From contig CAZCTS010000001.1 in NCBI GenBank assembly GCA_964501635.1, positions 2,547-42,456 on the forward strand: 39,910 bases of DNA. Reading direction: 5' to 3'. The DNA is from an uncultured Oscillospiraceae bacterium. Its GTDB lineage: Bacteria; Bacillota; Clostridia; Peptostreptococcales; Anaerovoracaceae. The position numbers were made by a program, and so were the translations under genes. Of this stretch, positions 17,751 to 26,297 are shown one piece after another. Position 1 is the first letter of the stretch. The number at the start of each line of letters is the position of its first letter. The notes under the pieces were generated by a model. The model worked only from the letters and a program-made list of their open reading frames with translations, had not been told where the DNA came from and searched no databases.

Positions 17751-18824
17751 ATGAGCAATAACGAACGAGCGGATCACGGCCTGGCATTTATGCTGCAGTA
17801 TGAAAATATTGCCTGGTATGAATCCGGCGCCGTCCGCATCCTGGACAGGAGAGTCTATCCCCAAAAAGTGTCTTTTGTCACCTGCGGCAGCCATACAGAA
17901 GTCGCCCGGGCCATCACCGACATGGTCACCCAGAGCGCGGGCCCTTACAGCGCCGCGGCCATGGGCATGGCCCTGGCCGCCTGGGAATGCCGGGACCGGA
18001 GCGGAAGAGCGCAAAGGGATTATTTGAAGAAGGCTGCAGCGGCCTTCGTTGAGGCAAGGCCCACGACCCGGCTTCGCATGGAGCAGATCACACAGCGCTG
18101 TCTGGCGGCAGGCCAGGCCGCCATCGACCGGGGCGCGGTGGCCGCGGAGGCGATCCGCCAGGAAGCCCTGGCGATCAACGACCGCCGCTATACCAAGGTC
18201 GCCCGGATCGCCACCTACCTGGCGGACATGTTCCCGGACAGGGGCACGGTCATGACCCAGTGCTTCGGAGAGACCATCGTGGGCATGATGCTGCGGGAAA
18301 GCCGGGCGCGGGGCAAGGAGCTTCGGATCTTCTGTCCGGAGACCCGGCCCTATTTCCAGGGCGCCCGCCTTACGGCCACGGTGGTGCGGGACATGGGTTT
18401 CGAGGCCACGGTCATCACGGACAACATGCCGGCCTATGTGATGAAAAAAGAAAAAGTGGATGTCTTTACCTCTGCGGCGGACGCCATCTGCGTGGACGGT
18501 CATATCGTCAACAAAATCGGCACTTATCAGATCGCCATCGCCGCCCATTACCATGGAGTCCCGTATTTTGTCACCGGCGCGCCGGACGTGGGGCACACCA
18601 CAGTGGATACGGTCCACATCGAAATGCGGGATCCGGAATTCGTGCTGCAGGCCATGGGGGTCCGGACGGCGGCGGAGGGGGTCAAAGGCTATTATCCGAG
18701 CTTTGATATTACCCCGCCCCATTTAGTCAGCGGCGTGGTGACGGATCTGGGCATCTTTGCGCCCCTGGATCTGCCCCGTTATTTTGAACTGGGCGGCCAG
18801 GCGTCCCAAGAACTGGTGGTATAG
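17751..18824 (+). CDS. eIF-2B alpha/beta/delta-family sugar-phosphate isomerase (MtnA / 5-deoxyribose-1-P isomerase / R15P isomerase-like)
   Basis: Taken from ORF 17679..18824, with the start moved to ATG 17751 (GGAGGGA at 17739-17745). Family landmarks: RILDRR...P, EARPTT, TQCFGE (catalytic Cys context), ETRPYFQGARLTA, SAADAICVDGHIVNKIGTY (catalytic Asp context), PSFDITPP. Confidence 0.75.
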   Translation: MSNNERADHGLAFMLQYENIAWYESGAVRILDRRVYPQKVSFVTCGSHTEVARAITDMVTQSAGPYSAAAMGMALAAWECRDRSGRAQRDYLKKAAAAFVEARPTTRLRMEQITQRCLAAGQAAIDRGAVAAEAIRQEALAINDRRYTKVARIATYLADMFPDRGTVMTQCFGETIVGMMLRESRARGKELRIFCPETRPYFQGARLTATVVRDMGFEATVITDNMPAYVMKKEKVDVFTSAADAICVDGHIVNKIGTYQIAIAAHYHGVPYFVTGAPDVGHTTVDTVHIEMRDPEFVLQAMGVRTAAEGVKGYYPSFDITPPHLVSGVVTDLGIFAPLDLPRYFELGGQASQELVV

Positions 18825-18833
18825 GAGCACAAC

Positions 18834-19715
18834 ATGAGATTATACACGATCAAGGCGGGGGCGGAAGAAAAACTGGCGGTTGGGCACGAAAGCCCCCGGA
18901 CGGTTCATTTTTTAGAGGATTGGGGCTTTTCTTTTTCCGATATGAACGATCTGATCCGCCGCCACACCCAAGAGCAGCTGTGCAGTCTGCTGACGCCTCC
19001 CCGGGATTCCCTGGCAATAAACCTGGAAGATCTGGAACTGCTGGCGCCGATCCCCCGGCCGCTTCAGGATGTGATCTGCCTGGGGGTCAACTATGCGGAC
19101 CACGCAAAGGAGTCCGGAAGATTCGACCGCAATGCCCCTTCAGAGCAAAAAACCTACCCGGTCTTTTTTTCCAAACGCGTCAACGAAGCGGTGGCCCCCT
19201 TTGGGACCGTGCCGTCTTACGAGGGCCTGGTGGACAGCCTGGATTACGAGGTGGAACTCTGCGTGGTCATCGGAAAGGACGCCAGGCGCGTTCGCCGGGA
19301 AGACGCATTGAATTATGTGTTTGGATATACGATCCTGAACGACATCAGCGCCAGGAACATCCAGACCCGCCACCATCAGTGGTACTTCGGGAAGAGCTTC
19401 GACGGGTTTACGCCCCTGGGCCCTTGCATCGTGACCGCAGACGAGATCGGGGATCCGGGACGGCTGGACCTGGAGTGCCGGGTGAACGGGGAATTGCGCC
19501 AGCGCAGCAATACCCGCATGCTGATCGCTTCCGTGCCCGAAATCATCGAAGAGCTGTCGGCCGGTATGACGCTGAAGGCAGGTACGCTGATCGCCACAGG
19601 AACCCCCGCGGGAGTGGGCTTTAGCTTTGATCCGCCCAGGTATCTGCACAAGGGCGATCGGATCGAATGCCGCATCGAAAAAATCGGCTCGCTGATAAGC
19701 TATGTAGGAGAATAG
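18834..19715 (+). CDS. fumarylacetoacetate hydrolase (FAH)-family protein
   Basis: 293 aa with LDYEVELCVVIGK, ILNDISARNIQ, QWYFGKSFDGFTPLGP and ATGTPAGVG. It starts 9 nt after the isomerase stop. Confidence 0.8.
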   Translation: MRLYTIKAGAEEKLAVGHESPRTVHFLEDWGFSFSDMNDLIRRHTQEQLCSLLTPPRDSLAINLEDLELLAPIPRPLQDVICLGVNYADHAKESGRFDRNAPSEQKTYPVFFSKRVNEAVAPFGTVPSYEGLVDSLDYEVELCVVIGKDARRVRREDALNYVFGYTILNDISARNIQTRHHQWYFGKSFDGFTPLGPCIVTADEIGDPGRLDLECRVNGELRQRSNTRMLIASVPEIIEELSAGMTLKAGTLIATGTPAGVGFSFDPPRYLHKGDRIECRIEKIGSLISYVGE

Positions 19716-19724
19716 CCGCGTTTA

Positions 19725-20888
19725 TCATTCAAATCGGTCGATGCTTGCGATGACCGACGCGAAGAGCTTCGTGCGGTCGAACAGGGTGTGCAGCAGCGCA
19801 AACTCGTTGCGGTCGTGGGAAAAATCGCCCACGATGCCGCAGGAACAGAGGACCGGGATGTCTGCGACGGCCATGTTTCCCGAATCCGCCGCCCCGCCCC
19901 GGAAGCACTTTCCGTAGGCCGGCTGGCCCAGTTCTCCGGCGATCGTATTGACAAATGCGTGGAGCTTCCGAATTTTTTCATTCTCGGTGTAGCCCTCGTA
20001 TTTTGCGGCATAACGCTTGTAAGTGGTTTTCGTCCCCGGTATGGACGCCTTCGCGCAAATTTCGTCCACCGCGCGGTAGATCCGCTCTTTTTCCTCCGGA
20101 GAGGAGACCCGCGCATCCAGGGTGACTTCGCAGGAGGAGGGGATGGCGCTGGGGTGGTCGCCGCCCCGGATGACGGTGGTGGCCACCGTGGTGCCTTTTT
20201 CCAGATCCGTCAGCCGGATGATCTCCAGGGCTTTCCCCATCGCTTCTTCCACCGCGTTGCTGGAAGTGGTGAAATCGTTCCCTGCATGCCCGCCCTGGCC
20301 TGCCACGGAAAGATCAAATATATGGCAGGATTTTCGGGCCACGGTGAACACGCCTTCCACACCGGTCTCCATGTTGAAAGCGGCCAGAGCGCCCCGGCTT
20401 TCCCGGGTGTAGAGGAGATTCGTGTCTGTGCCCAGATGATCTCCCTCCTCATCGCCGGCAAACAGAATTTTCAGCGTGCGGTCGCAGCCAAGGGCGTTCA
20501 GCGCTTTGGCGATGTAAAGGGCTTCGATGACGCCGCCTTTCATGTCGTTGACCCCGGGGCCGTAAACCTTGTCGCCCTCCACGCGCCACAGGTCCTCGCC
20601 AAAGCTCCCCTGGCGATGCACCGTGTCGATGTGGCCCGACAGGATCACCGGCGGTGCCTTGCGATCAGGGCCGGCGATGCCGATCAGCAGTCCGGCCCGG
20701 TCTGTTGTGGTCCCTTCGATCCTGCACTCGAAACCCAGGGATTCAAACTCTTTCCGCACCCAGCCCATGGCCTGGAGCACATGGTCCCTCTCTTCAAAAT
20801 GACTTTCCAGTTTCACCAGTTGCTGAAATTTTTCCAGCATCTCCTGCCTGTGGGCTTCCACAAATGCGTCGATTTCGTGATACAGCAT
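19725..20888 (-). CDS. M20-family metallopeptidase / carboxypeptidase G2-like amidohydrolase
   Basis: 387 aa with VILSGHIDTVH and GPGVNDMKGG, the His and Asp metal-ligand motifs of M20 peptidases. Confidence 0.8.
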   Translation of the reverse strand: MLYHEIDAFVEAHRQEMLEKFQQLVKLESHFEERDHVLQAMGWVRKEFESLGFECRIEGTTTDRAGLLIGIAGPDRKAPPVILSGHIDTVHRQGSFGEDLWRVEGDKVYGPGVNDMKGGVIEALYIAKALNALGCDRTLKILFAGDEEGDHLGTDTNLLYTRESRGALAAFNMETGVEGVFTVARKSCHIFDLSVAGQGGHAGNDFTTSSNAVEEAMGKALEIIRLTDLEKGTTVATTVIRGGDHPSAIPSSCEVTLDARVSSPEEKERIYRAVDEICAKASIPGTKTTYKRYAAKYEGYTENEKIRKLHAFVNTIAGELGQPAYGKCFRGGAADSGNMAVADIPVLCSCGIVGDFSHDRNEFALLHTLFDRTKLFASVIASIDRFE

Positions 20889-20967
20889 GAATCCCTCCCC
20901 TTGATCTGTGTTGGTCTGTTTGCCTAAAAGTATATCATATTACTTGGAGACCGTTAACAAAAATGGT

Positions 20968-20996
20968 TTGAAGCGGATCGCGATTTCGAGTATAAT
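20968..20996 (+). promoter_or_regulatory. sigma-A-type promoter of the decarboxylase operon
   Basis: TTGAAG (20968-20973), a 17-nt spacer, then TATAAT (20991-20996), about 85 nt upstream of the first start codon. Confidence 0.55.
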
Positions 20997-21078
20997 AAAC
21001 TTCAAATGTGATGATCCGGACACAGACAGGGTCAGCGGTTTCTTTTTGTCCGGACAGGGCAGGATGGAGGAAAACAAA

Positions 21079-22455
21079 ATGGGCACTACCTCAGCGGCGA
21101 AAAGAAGGATCCAGTCCATTCTGGACGCCGGCAGTTTTATGGAGATGGGCGAAAAGGTTCTCGCCCGAAATACGGACTTCGATCAGGAGTACGACCAAGT
21201 TTTTTCGGACGGCGTCATCACCGGCTACGGCACGGTGGAAGGCCGTCCGATTTATATTTTCAGCCAGGATCCTCAAGTGCTGGGCGGATCTCTTTCCGAG
21301 ATGCACGCCGTGAAAATTCTTCGCCTCTATGAAATGGCGCTGAAGACCGGAGCGCCGGTCGTCGCGCTGGCGGACAGCGCGGGGCTGCGCCTTGGCGAAG
21401 GGGCGGACGCACTCGATGCTTATGGAAGGATCTACAGGGGAATGACAAAAGCAAAGGGAAGGATCCCCCAGATCGCCGGCGTCTTCGGCAGTTGCGGCGG
21501 TGGAAGCGCCCTGATCCCGGCCCTCTGCGATTTTGTCTTCATGGAAAAACAGGCGAAGCTGTTCATCAATCCGCCGGCCGCCAGAACACAGGAGATCAAA
21601 AGGGCCGATGTGGCCGCCTCCCTGAGCGACTATCCCGCAGGGCGCGGCCTGAGCATGGGCAATGGAAGCGAAGAGGAGATCTGCCGGAAGATAAGGACAT
21701 TGATCTCTTATCTTCCTCTCTCCGACGAGGACCTTGTCCCCCGGGAAGTCTGCGCGGACGATCTGAACCGGCCCGCATCCAACCTTGAGGAGGGTCGGCG
21801 GGATCCCGCAGCCGTGCTGGTGGAAATAGCGGATCTGGGTTCCGTGTTCGAGCTGCAGAGGGAAGACTGTCCGGAGGTGATGATGGGATTTGCCCGTTTC
21901 AACGGTTCACCGGCGGGGGTCATCGGCAATGGGGGGAAAGGCTGTTTGACGTCGGAAGGCTGCGAAGCCATGGCGGATTTTGCGGATTTCTGCACGGCCT
22001 TCGGCATCCCCTTGCTGACGCTCACCGACACGGAAGGGTTTGCCGCGGACAGCGCCCAGGAAGCGCTCCTGCCTGCCGCCGCAGCCTATTTGCTCAGCGT
22101 CTGGGCTTCCTGCGAGGTCCCCAGAGTGAATGTGATCACCGGAAAAGCCTGGGGAAATGGGTACACCATTATGAACAGCAAGGGCTTGGGCGCCGATTTC
22201 GTCTTCGCCTGGAGCAGCGCCGACCTGCGGGTGTTTCCCGGAGAGGATGCTGTCCGGATCCTCTATGCAAGGGAACTGGCTTCCGCTGAAGATAAGAAAG
22301 CGTTCCTGAAAGAGAAGGCGGCAGCCTACGACGAAAAGGCGGGTATGGCCGCTTTTCTGGCCAGAGGCTATGTGGACAAGGTCATTGCGCCGGCGGACAC
22401 GCGAAAATATGTGATCGGCGCATTGGAAATGCTGTCCGACAAGCGGGCGTACTGA
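21079..22455 (+). CDS. acyl-CoA carboxyltransferase subunit (MmdA/GcdA/12S-like alpha subunit)
   Basis: Taken from ORF 20908..22455, with the start moved to ATG 21079 (GGAGG 8 nt upstream); ATG 21064 is an alternative. Motifs: DAGSFMEMG, DGVITGYGTVEGRPIYIFSQDPQVLGGSL, GSCGGGSALIPALCDFVFM, LLTLTDTEGF, which indicate a duplicated crotonase-like carboxyl transferase. Confidence 0.8.
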   Translation: MGTTSAAKRRIQSILDAGSFMEMGEKVLARNTDFDQEYDQVFSDGVITGYGTVEGRPIYIFSQDPQVLGGSLSEMHAVKILRLYEMALKTGAPVVALADSAGLRLGEGADALDAYGRIYRGMTKAKGRIPQIAGVFGSCGGGSALIPALCDFVFMEKQAKLFINPPAARTQEIKRADVAASLSDYPAGRGLSMGNGSEEEICRKIRTLISYLPLSDEDLVPREVCADDLNRPASNLEEGRRDPAAVLVEIADLGSVFELQREDCPEVMMGFARFNGSPAGVIGNGGKGCLTSEGCEAMADFADFCTAFGIPLLTLTDTEGFAADSAQEALLPAAAAYLLSVWASCEVPRVNVITGKAWGNGYTIMNSKGLGADFVFAWSSADLRVFPGEDAVRILYARELASAEDKKAFLKEKAAAYDEKAGMAAFLARGYVDKVIAPADTRKYVIGALEMLSDKRAY

Positions 22456-22468
22456 AGGAGAGCGAAGG

Positions 22469-22777
22469 ATGACACTCACGGAGATTTTCACCAAGGCGAT
22501 CATGAACACGATCCTGGGAATGGGCGTGGTTTTTTCGGTGCTGATTTTCATCGCGTTTATCATATCCCTGTTTAAATACCTGCCTGGCTTGCTGGAAAAG
22601 CGCAAAGGCAAAGGGAATGCCCTGATCCCCCGGGCGGAGGACCCGGTCCCTCAGGCGGACATCGGGGAAGGGGATCCGGTGCTGGCCGCGGTGATCACGG
22701 CAGCGGTCCACGCATTCATCCAGGAGGAAACCATTTCCACCGATGCCTATATCGTGCGCTCGATCCGCCGCAGCTGA
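22469..22777 (+). CDS. OadG-like small membrane subunit (gamma/delta) of Na+-translocating decarboxylases
   Basis: 102 aa. It has an N-terminal helix ILGMGVVFSVLIFIAFIISLF, then a charged linker and AAVITAAVHAFI, the typical OadG/MmdD/GcdD layout. Confidence 0.7.
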   Translation: MTLTEIFTKAIMNTILGMGVVFSVLIFIAFIISLFKYLPGLLEKRKGKGNALIPRAEDPVPQADIGEGDPVLAAVITAAVHAFIQEETISTDAYIVRSIRRS

Positions 22778-22814
22778 CCGCTCGAGCGCCAGCAATTAAT
22801 TGAAGGAGAAAACA

Positions 22815-23183
22815 ATGGAAATCTATTCGGTCACAGTCAACGGGCTCACCTACGAAGTACAGGTGGAAAAGAAAGCGAACAGTGGAATTTCCGCACCTGC
22901 GCCAAGGGCAGCCGCCGTATCGGCCCCGATCCCCGCGGAGAAGAAGATGGCGGCCCCGGCCGCGCTCCAGGGAGAAAAGATCACCGCCGGCGCAGCCGGA
23001 AAGGTCTGGAAGATCGTCACCGCCGAAGGGCAGAGCGTTGTGGCGGGCGAGCCGATCCTGATTCTGGAAGCCATGAAAATGGAGATCCCCGTGGTGGCGC
23101 CCAAGGACGGCGTACTGGGGCGGATCGTCGTCTCCGAAGGAAGCCCCGTGGAAGCGGGAGACCTGCTGGCGACCATTCATTAA
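22815..23183 (+). CDS. biotin carboxyl carrier protein (MmdC/GcdC/1.3S-like)
   Basis: ATG 22815 follows AAGGAGA (the listed ORF starts 15 nt earlier). It has an Ala/Pro-rich linker and the biotinylation motif LEAMKMEIPV. Confidence 0.85.
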   Translation: MEIYSVTVNGLTYEVQVEKKANSGISAPAPRAAAVSAPIPAEKKMAAPAALQGEKITAGAAGKVWKIVTAEGQSVVAGEPILILEAMKMEIPVVAPKDGVLGRIVVSEGSPVEAGDLLATIH

Positions 23184-23225
23184 TGGTCGCATCCCTGGAA
23201 TTGCACAAATCTACGGAGGACAACT

Positions 23226-24353
23226 GTGAGTTATATCGGTGAAACACTGGGCAATTTGCTGCGGCAGACCGCTTTTCTCAACCTGAGCCCGGGCAATCTG
23301 CTGATGGTGGCGGTCGCCTGCGGCTTCCTGTACCTGGCCATTGCCAAGGGCTATGAGCCGCTGCTGCTGGTCCCCATCGCTTTCGGCATGCTGCTGGTGA
23401 ATATCTATCCCCCGATCATGAGCGAAAGCGGCTTGCTCCACTATTTTTACTTGCTGGACGAGTGGGCGATCCTGCCGTCCCTGATATTCATGGGGGTGGG
23501 CGCCCTGACGGACTTCGGGCCGCTGATCGCCAATCCCCAAAGCTTTTTGCTGGGCGCCGCAGCCCAGTTCGGCATCTATGTGGCCTACATGGGCGCCATG
23601 CTCCTGGGCTTTGACGAAAAGGCCGCCGCGGCCATTTCCATCATCGGGGGCGCCGACGGCCCCACATCGATCTTTTTAGCCAGCAAGCTGGGCCAGGGCG
23701 CCCTGATGGGGCCCATCGCGGTGGCGGCCTACTCGTATATGGCCCTGGTGCCCATCATCCAGCCGCCCATCATGAAGGCCCTCACAACAAAGGAAGAGCG
23801 CATGATCAAGATGGCGCAGCTTCGCCACGTGAGCAAGCTGGAGCGGATCTGCTTTCCCATCGTGGTCACCATCGTAGTCTGCTCGATCCTGCCTTCCACC
23901 ACACCCTTGGTAGGCATGCTGATGCTGGGGAATCTGTTCCGGGAAAGCGGCGTCGTGCGCCAGCTGACGGAAACTGCGTCCAACGCCCTGATGTATATCG
24001 TCGTCATCCTGCTGGGCACGTCCGTGGGCGCCACCACCTCCGCGGAAGCGTTCCTGAACTGGTCCACGATCAAAATTGTGGCGCTGGGCCTTTTGGCCTT
24101 TGCTTTTGGAACCGCGGCCGGAGTGGTTTTGGGCAAGGTCATGTGCAAACTCAGCGGCGGCAAGGTGAACCCGCTCATCGGCTCGGCCGGCGTTTCCGCC
24201 GTCCCCATGGCGGCCCGGGTTTCCCAAAAGGTGGGCGCCGAAGCGGATCCGACCAACTTTTTGCTCATGCACGCCATGGGACCCAATGTGGCCGGGGTCA
24301 TCGGCACCGCCGTGGCGGCGGGCACGTTCATGGCCATGTTCGGGGTCGAGTAA
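23226..24353 (+). CDS. Na+-translocating decarboxylase beta subunit (OadB/MmdB/GcdB family)
   Basis: GTG 23226 follows GGAGGA. The 375-aa polytopic protein has typical family stretches (LLLVPIAFGMLLVN, IGGADGPTSIF, GSAGVSAVPMAARV). Confidence 0.85.
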   Translation: MSYIGETLGNLLRQTAFLNLSPGNLLMVAVACGFLYLAIAKGYEPLLLVPIAFGMLLVNIYPPIMSESGLLHYFYLLDEWAILPSLIFMGVGALTDFGPLIANPQSFLLGAAAQFGIYVAYMGAMLLGFDEKAAAAISIIGGADGPTSIFLASKLGQGALMGPIAVAAYSYMALVPIIQPPIMKALTTKEERMIKMAQLRHVSKLERICFPIVVTIVVCSILPSTTPLVGMLMLGNLFRESGVVRQLTETASNALMYIVVILLGTSVGATTSAEAFLNWSTIKIVALGLLAFAFGTAAGVVLGKVMCKLSGGKVNPLIGSAGVSAVPMAARVSQKVGAEADPTNFLLMHAMGPNVAGVIGTAVAAGTFMAMFGVE

Positions 24354-24370
24354 TGTACGAGGAGAATGGA

Positions 24371-25783
24371 ATGAAACCAATCGAAAAGAAGCCCGTCAAA
24401 ATCACCGAGACCATACTGCGGGACGCTCACCAGTCCCTGATCGCCACCCGCATGAGCACGGAGGATATGCTCCCGATCATGGAGAAAATGGATCAGGTGG
24501 GCTATTATTCCGTGGAATGCTGGGGCGGCGCCACCTTTGACACATCCCTGCGCTTCCTGAAGGAAGATCCCTGGCATCGCCTGCGGCTCCTGCGGAAAGG
24601 CTTTAAAAACACCAAGCTGCAGATGCTGTTGCGGGGGCAGAATATCCTGGGCTATCGCCATTATGCCGACGATGTGGTGGCTTATTTTGTACAAAAATCC
24701 ATCGCCAACGGCATCGACATCCTGCGGATCTTCGACGCCTTCAACGATCTTCGAAATCTGGAGACCGCGGTGCGCACCACCAAAAAAGAGGGGGCTCATG
24801 CCCAGATTGCCGTGTCCTACACCCTGGGAGACGCCTATACGCTGGCGTACTGGAAGGATCTTGTCCGGCGGATCAGCGATATGGGGGCGGATTCCATCTG
24901 CATCAAGGATATGGCCGGACTGCTGCTGCCCTATGCGGCGGAGGAGCTGGTGCGGGAGATCAAAAGCATCGTGGATATCCCCATCGATGTTCACAGCCAC
25001 TGCACCAGCGGGGTGGCGCCGATCTCCTACTTGAAAGCCATCGAGGCCGGATGCGACATCATCGACACGGCGATGTCACCCTTCGCCATGGGGACCAGTC
25101 AGCCCGCCACGGAGATCATGGTGGAAACGCTGAAGGGCAGCCCCTACGATACCGGCATGGATCAGAAGCTGCTGGCCGAGATCGCGGACTATTTTAGGCC
25201 CTTCCAGGAAAACGCGCTGGAAACCGGCCTCCTGAATCCCAGAATGATGGGCGTGGACATCAAGACTCTGCTGTATCAGGTCCCGGGCGGCATGCTGTCC
25301 AATCTGGTTTCCCAGCTGGCCGAGCAGGGCGCATCCGACAAATATTACGAAGTGCTGGCTGAGATCCCAAGGGTGCGAAGGGAACTGGGCGAACCGCCCC
25401 TGGTGACGCCTTCCTCCCAGATCGTGGGCACCCAGGCTCTATTCAATGTGCTTACAGGGGAGCGTTACAAGATGGTCACGAAGGAGACCAAGGCGGTCCT
25501 CCTGGGGGATTACGGCCAAACCGTAAAGCCCTTTGACCCGGAGATCCAGAAGAAGGTGATCGGCGAGGCCGTGCCCAAGACCTATCGCCCTGCGGACGAT
25601 CTGGCCCCGGAGCTGGACCGGCTGAAGCAGGAGATCGCCGAATGGACGCAGCAGGAGGAGGACGTATTGTCCTACGCCTTGTTTCCCCAGGTGGCCCTGG
25701 ATTTCTTCCGCTATCGAAAAGCCCAGCAGGATGGGATCGACCTGTCCCTGGCGGACACGGAAAACGGCGCCTACCCGGTATAG
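24371..25783 (+). CDS. oxaloacetate decarboxylase alpha / transcarboxylase 5S-type carboxyltransferase, without biotinyl domain
   Basis: Taken from ORF 24143..25783, with the start moved to ATG 24371 (GAGGAGA at 24359-24365). It has a TIM-barrel CT signature: ITETILRDAHQSLIATRMSTEDM, YSVECWGGATFD, LLRGQNILGYRHY, CIKDMAGLL. The protein ends at about 470 aa with no AMKM motif. Confidence 0.85.
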   Translation: MKPIEKKPVKITETILRDAHQSLIATRMSTEDMLPIMEKMDQVGYYSVECWGGATFDTSLRFLKEDPWHRLRLLRKGFKNTKLQMLLRGQNILGYRHYADDVVAYFVQKSIANGIDILRIFDAFNDLRNLETAVRTTKKEGAHAQIAVSYTLGDAYTLAYWKDLVRRISDMGADSICIKDMAGLLLPYAAEELVREIKSIVDIPIDVHSHCTSGVAPISYLKAIEAGCDIIDTAMSPFAMGTSQPATEIMVETLKGSPYDTGMDQKLLAEIADYFRPFQENALETGLLNPRMMGVDIKTLLYQVPGGMLSNLVSQLAEQGASDKYYEVLAEIPRVRRELGEPPLVTPSSQIVGTQALFNVLTGERYKMVTKETKAVLLGDYGQTVKPFDPEIQKKVIGEAVPKTYRPADDLAPELDRLKQEIAEWTQQEEDVLSYALFPQVALDFFRYRKAQQDGIDLSLADTENGAYPV

Positions 25784-25841
25784 ATCGCGGGCGTCATAAA
25801 AATCATATTCCAACAGACATTTTGAGAAGGAGCGTAGGACC

Positions 25842-26234
25842 ATGAAAAAAGAAATCATCCCCACCACCAAAGCGCCGGAACCGCTGGGCCCCTATTCGAA
25901 CGTCGTGAAATTCGGAAATCTGCTCTTCATCTCCGGCATGGCTTCGGAAGACGCAGCCACGGGCGAAATCCTCCACGGCACCGTCAGGCAGCAGACCGAA
26001 AACATCATGAAGAACATCAAGGCCATTCTGGAGGATGTGGGCAGCGGGATGGATATGGTGCTTAAATGCAGCATCCACATGACAAAACAGGAGTACTTTT
26101 CAGAAATGAACCAGGTCTACGCTTCTTACTTTAAAAAAGAAGAGGGCTATCCCGCCCGCGTGACCACCTTCAACTCGGAGATCTATGACGGACTGGACGT
26201 GGAGATCGACGTGATCGCCGGCATCGAAGCATAG
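25842..26234 (+). CDS. ridA: RidA/YjgF-family reactive intermediate (enamine/imine) deaminase
   Basis: 130 aa with APEPLGPYSNVVKFGNLLFISG and PARVTT...VEIDVIA, the canonical RidA ends. Confidence 0.85.
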   Translation: MKKEIIPTTKAPEPLGPYSNVVKFGNLLFISGMASEDAATGEILHGTVRQQTENIMKNIKAILEDVGSGMDMVLKCSIHMTKQEYFSEMNQVYASYFKKEEGYPARVTTFNSEIYDGLDVEIDVIAGIEA

Positions 26235-26257
26235 GCAACAGGAACAGGCAAGACAAT

Positions 26258-26285
26258 AAAAAGCCCGGGCAGCGCCCGGGCTTTT
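26258..26285. terminator. bidirectional rho-independent terminator
   Basis: AAAAGCCCGGGC-AGC-GCCCGGGCTTTT between convergent ridA and the glutamate synthase-like gene. Confidence 0.8.
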
Positions 26286-26297
26286 GAACGATGCGGA

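Noticed and set aside
17676-18722. The N-terminal 349 residues of the listed 507-aa minus ORF 17199..18722.
   Set aside because: Only the last 158 codons, from ATG 17675, encode the barnase-like protein with its own signal peptide. The upstream part is antisense to the MtnA-like isomerase gene and is Arg/Gly/His-rich noise.
21015-21054. An 8-bp inverted repeat, TCCGGACA...TGTCCGGA, with a 24-nt loop in the 5' UTR of the decarboxylase operon, considered as a possible riboswitch or attenuator.
   Set aside because: The stem is short and the loop is large. No following T tract or alternative pairing is evident, and there is no resemblance to a riboswitch class I can recognise. I judge it too weak to call.
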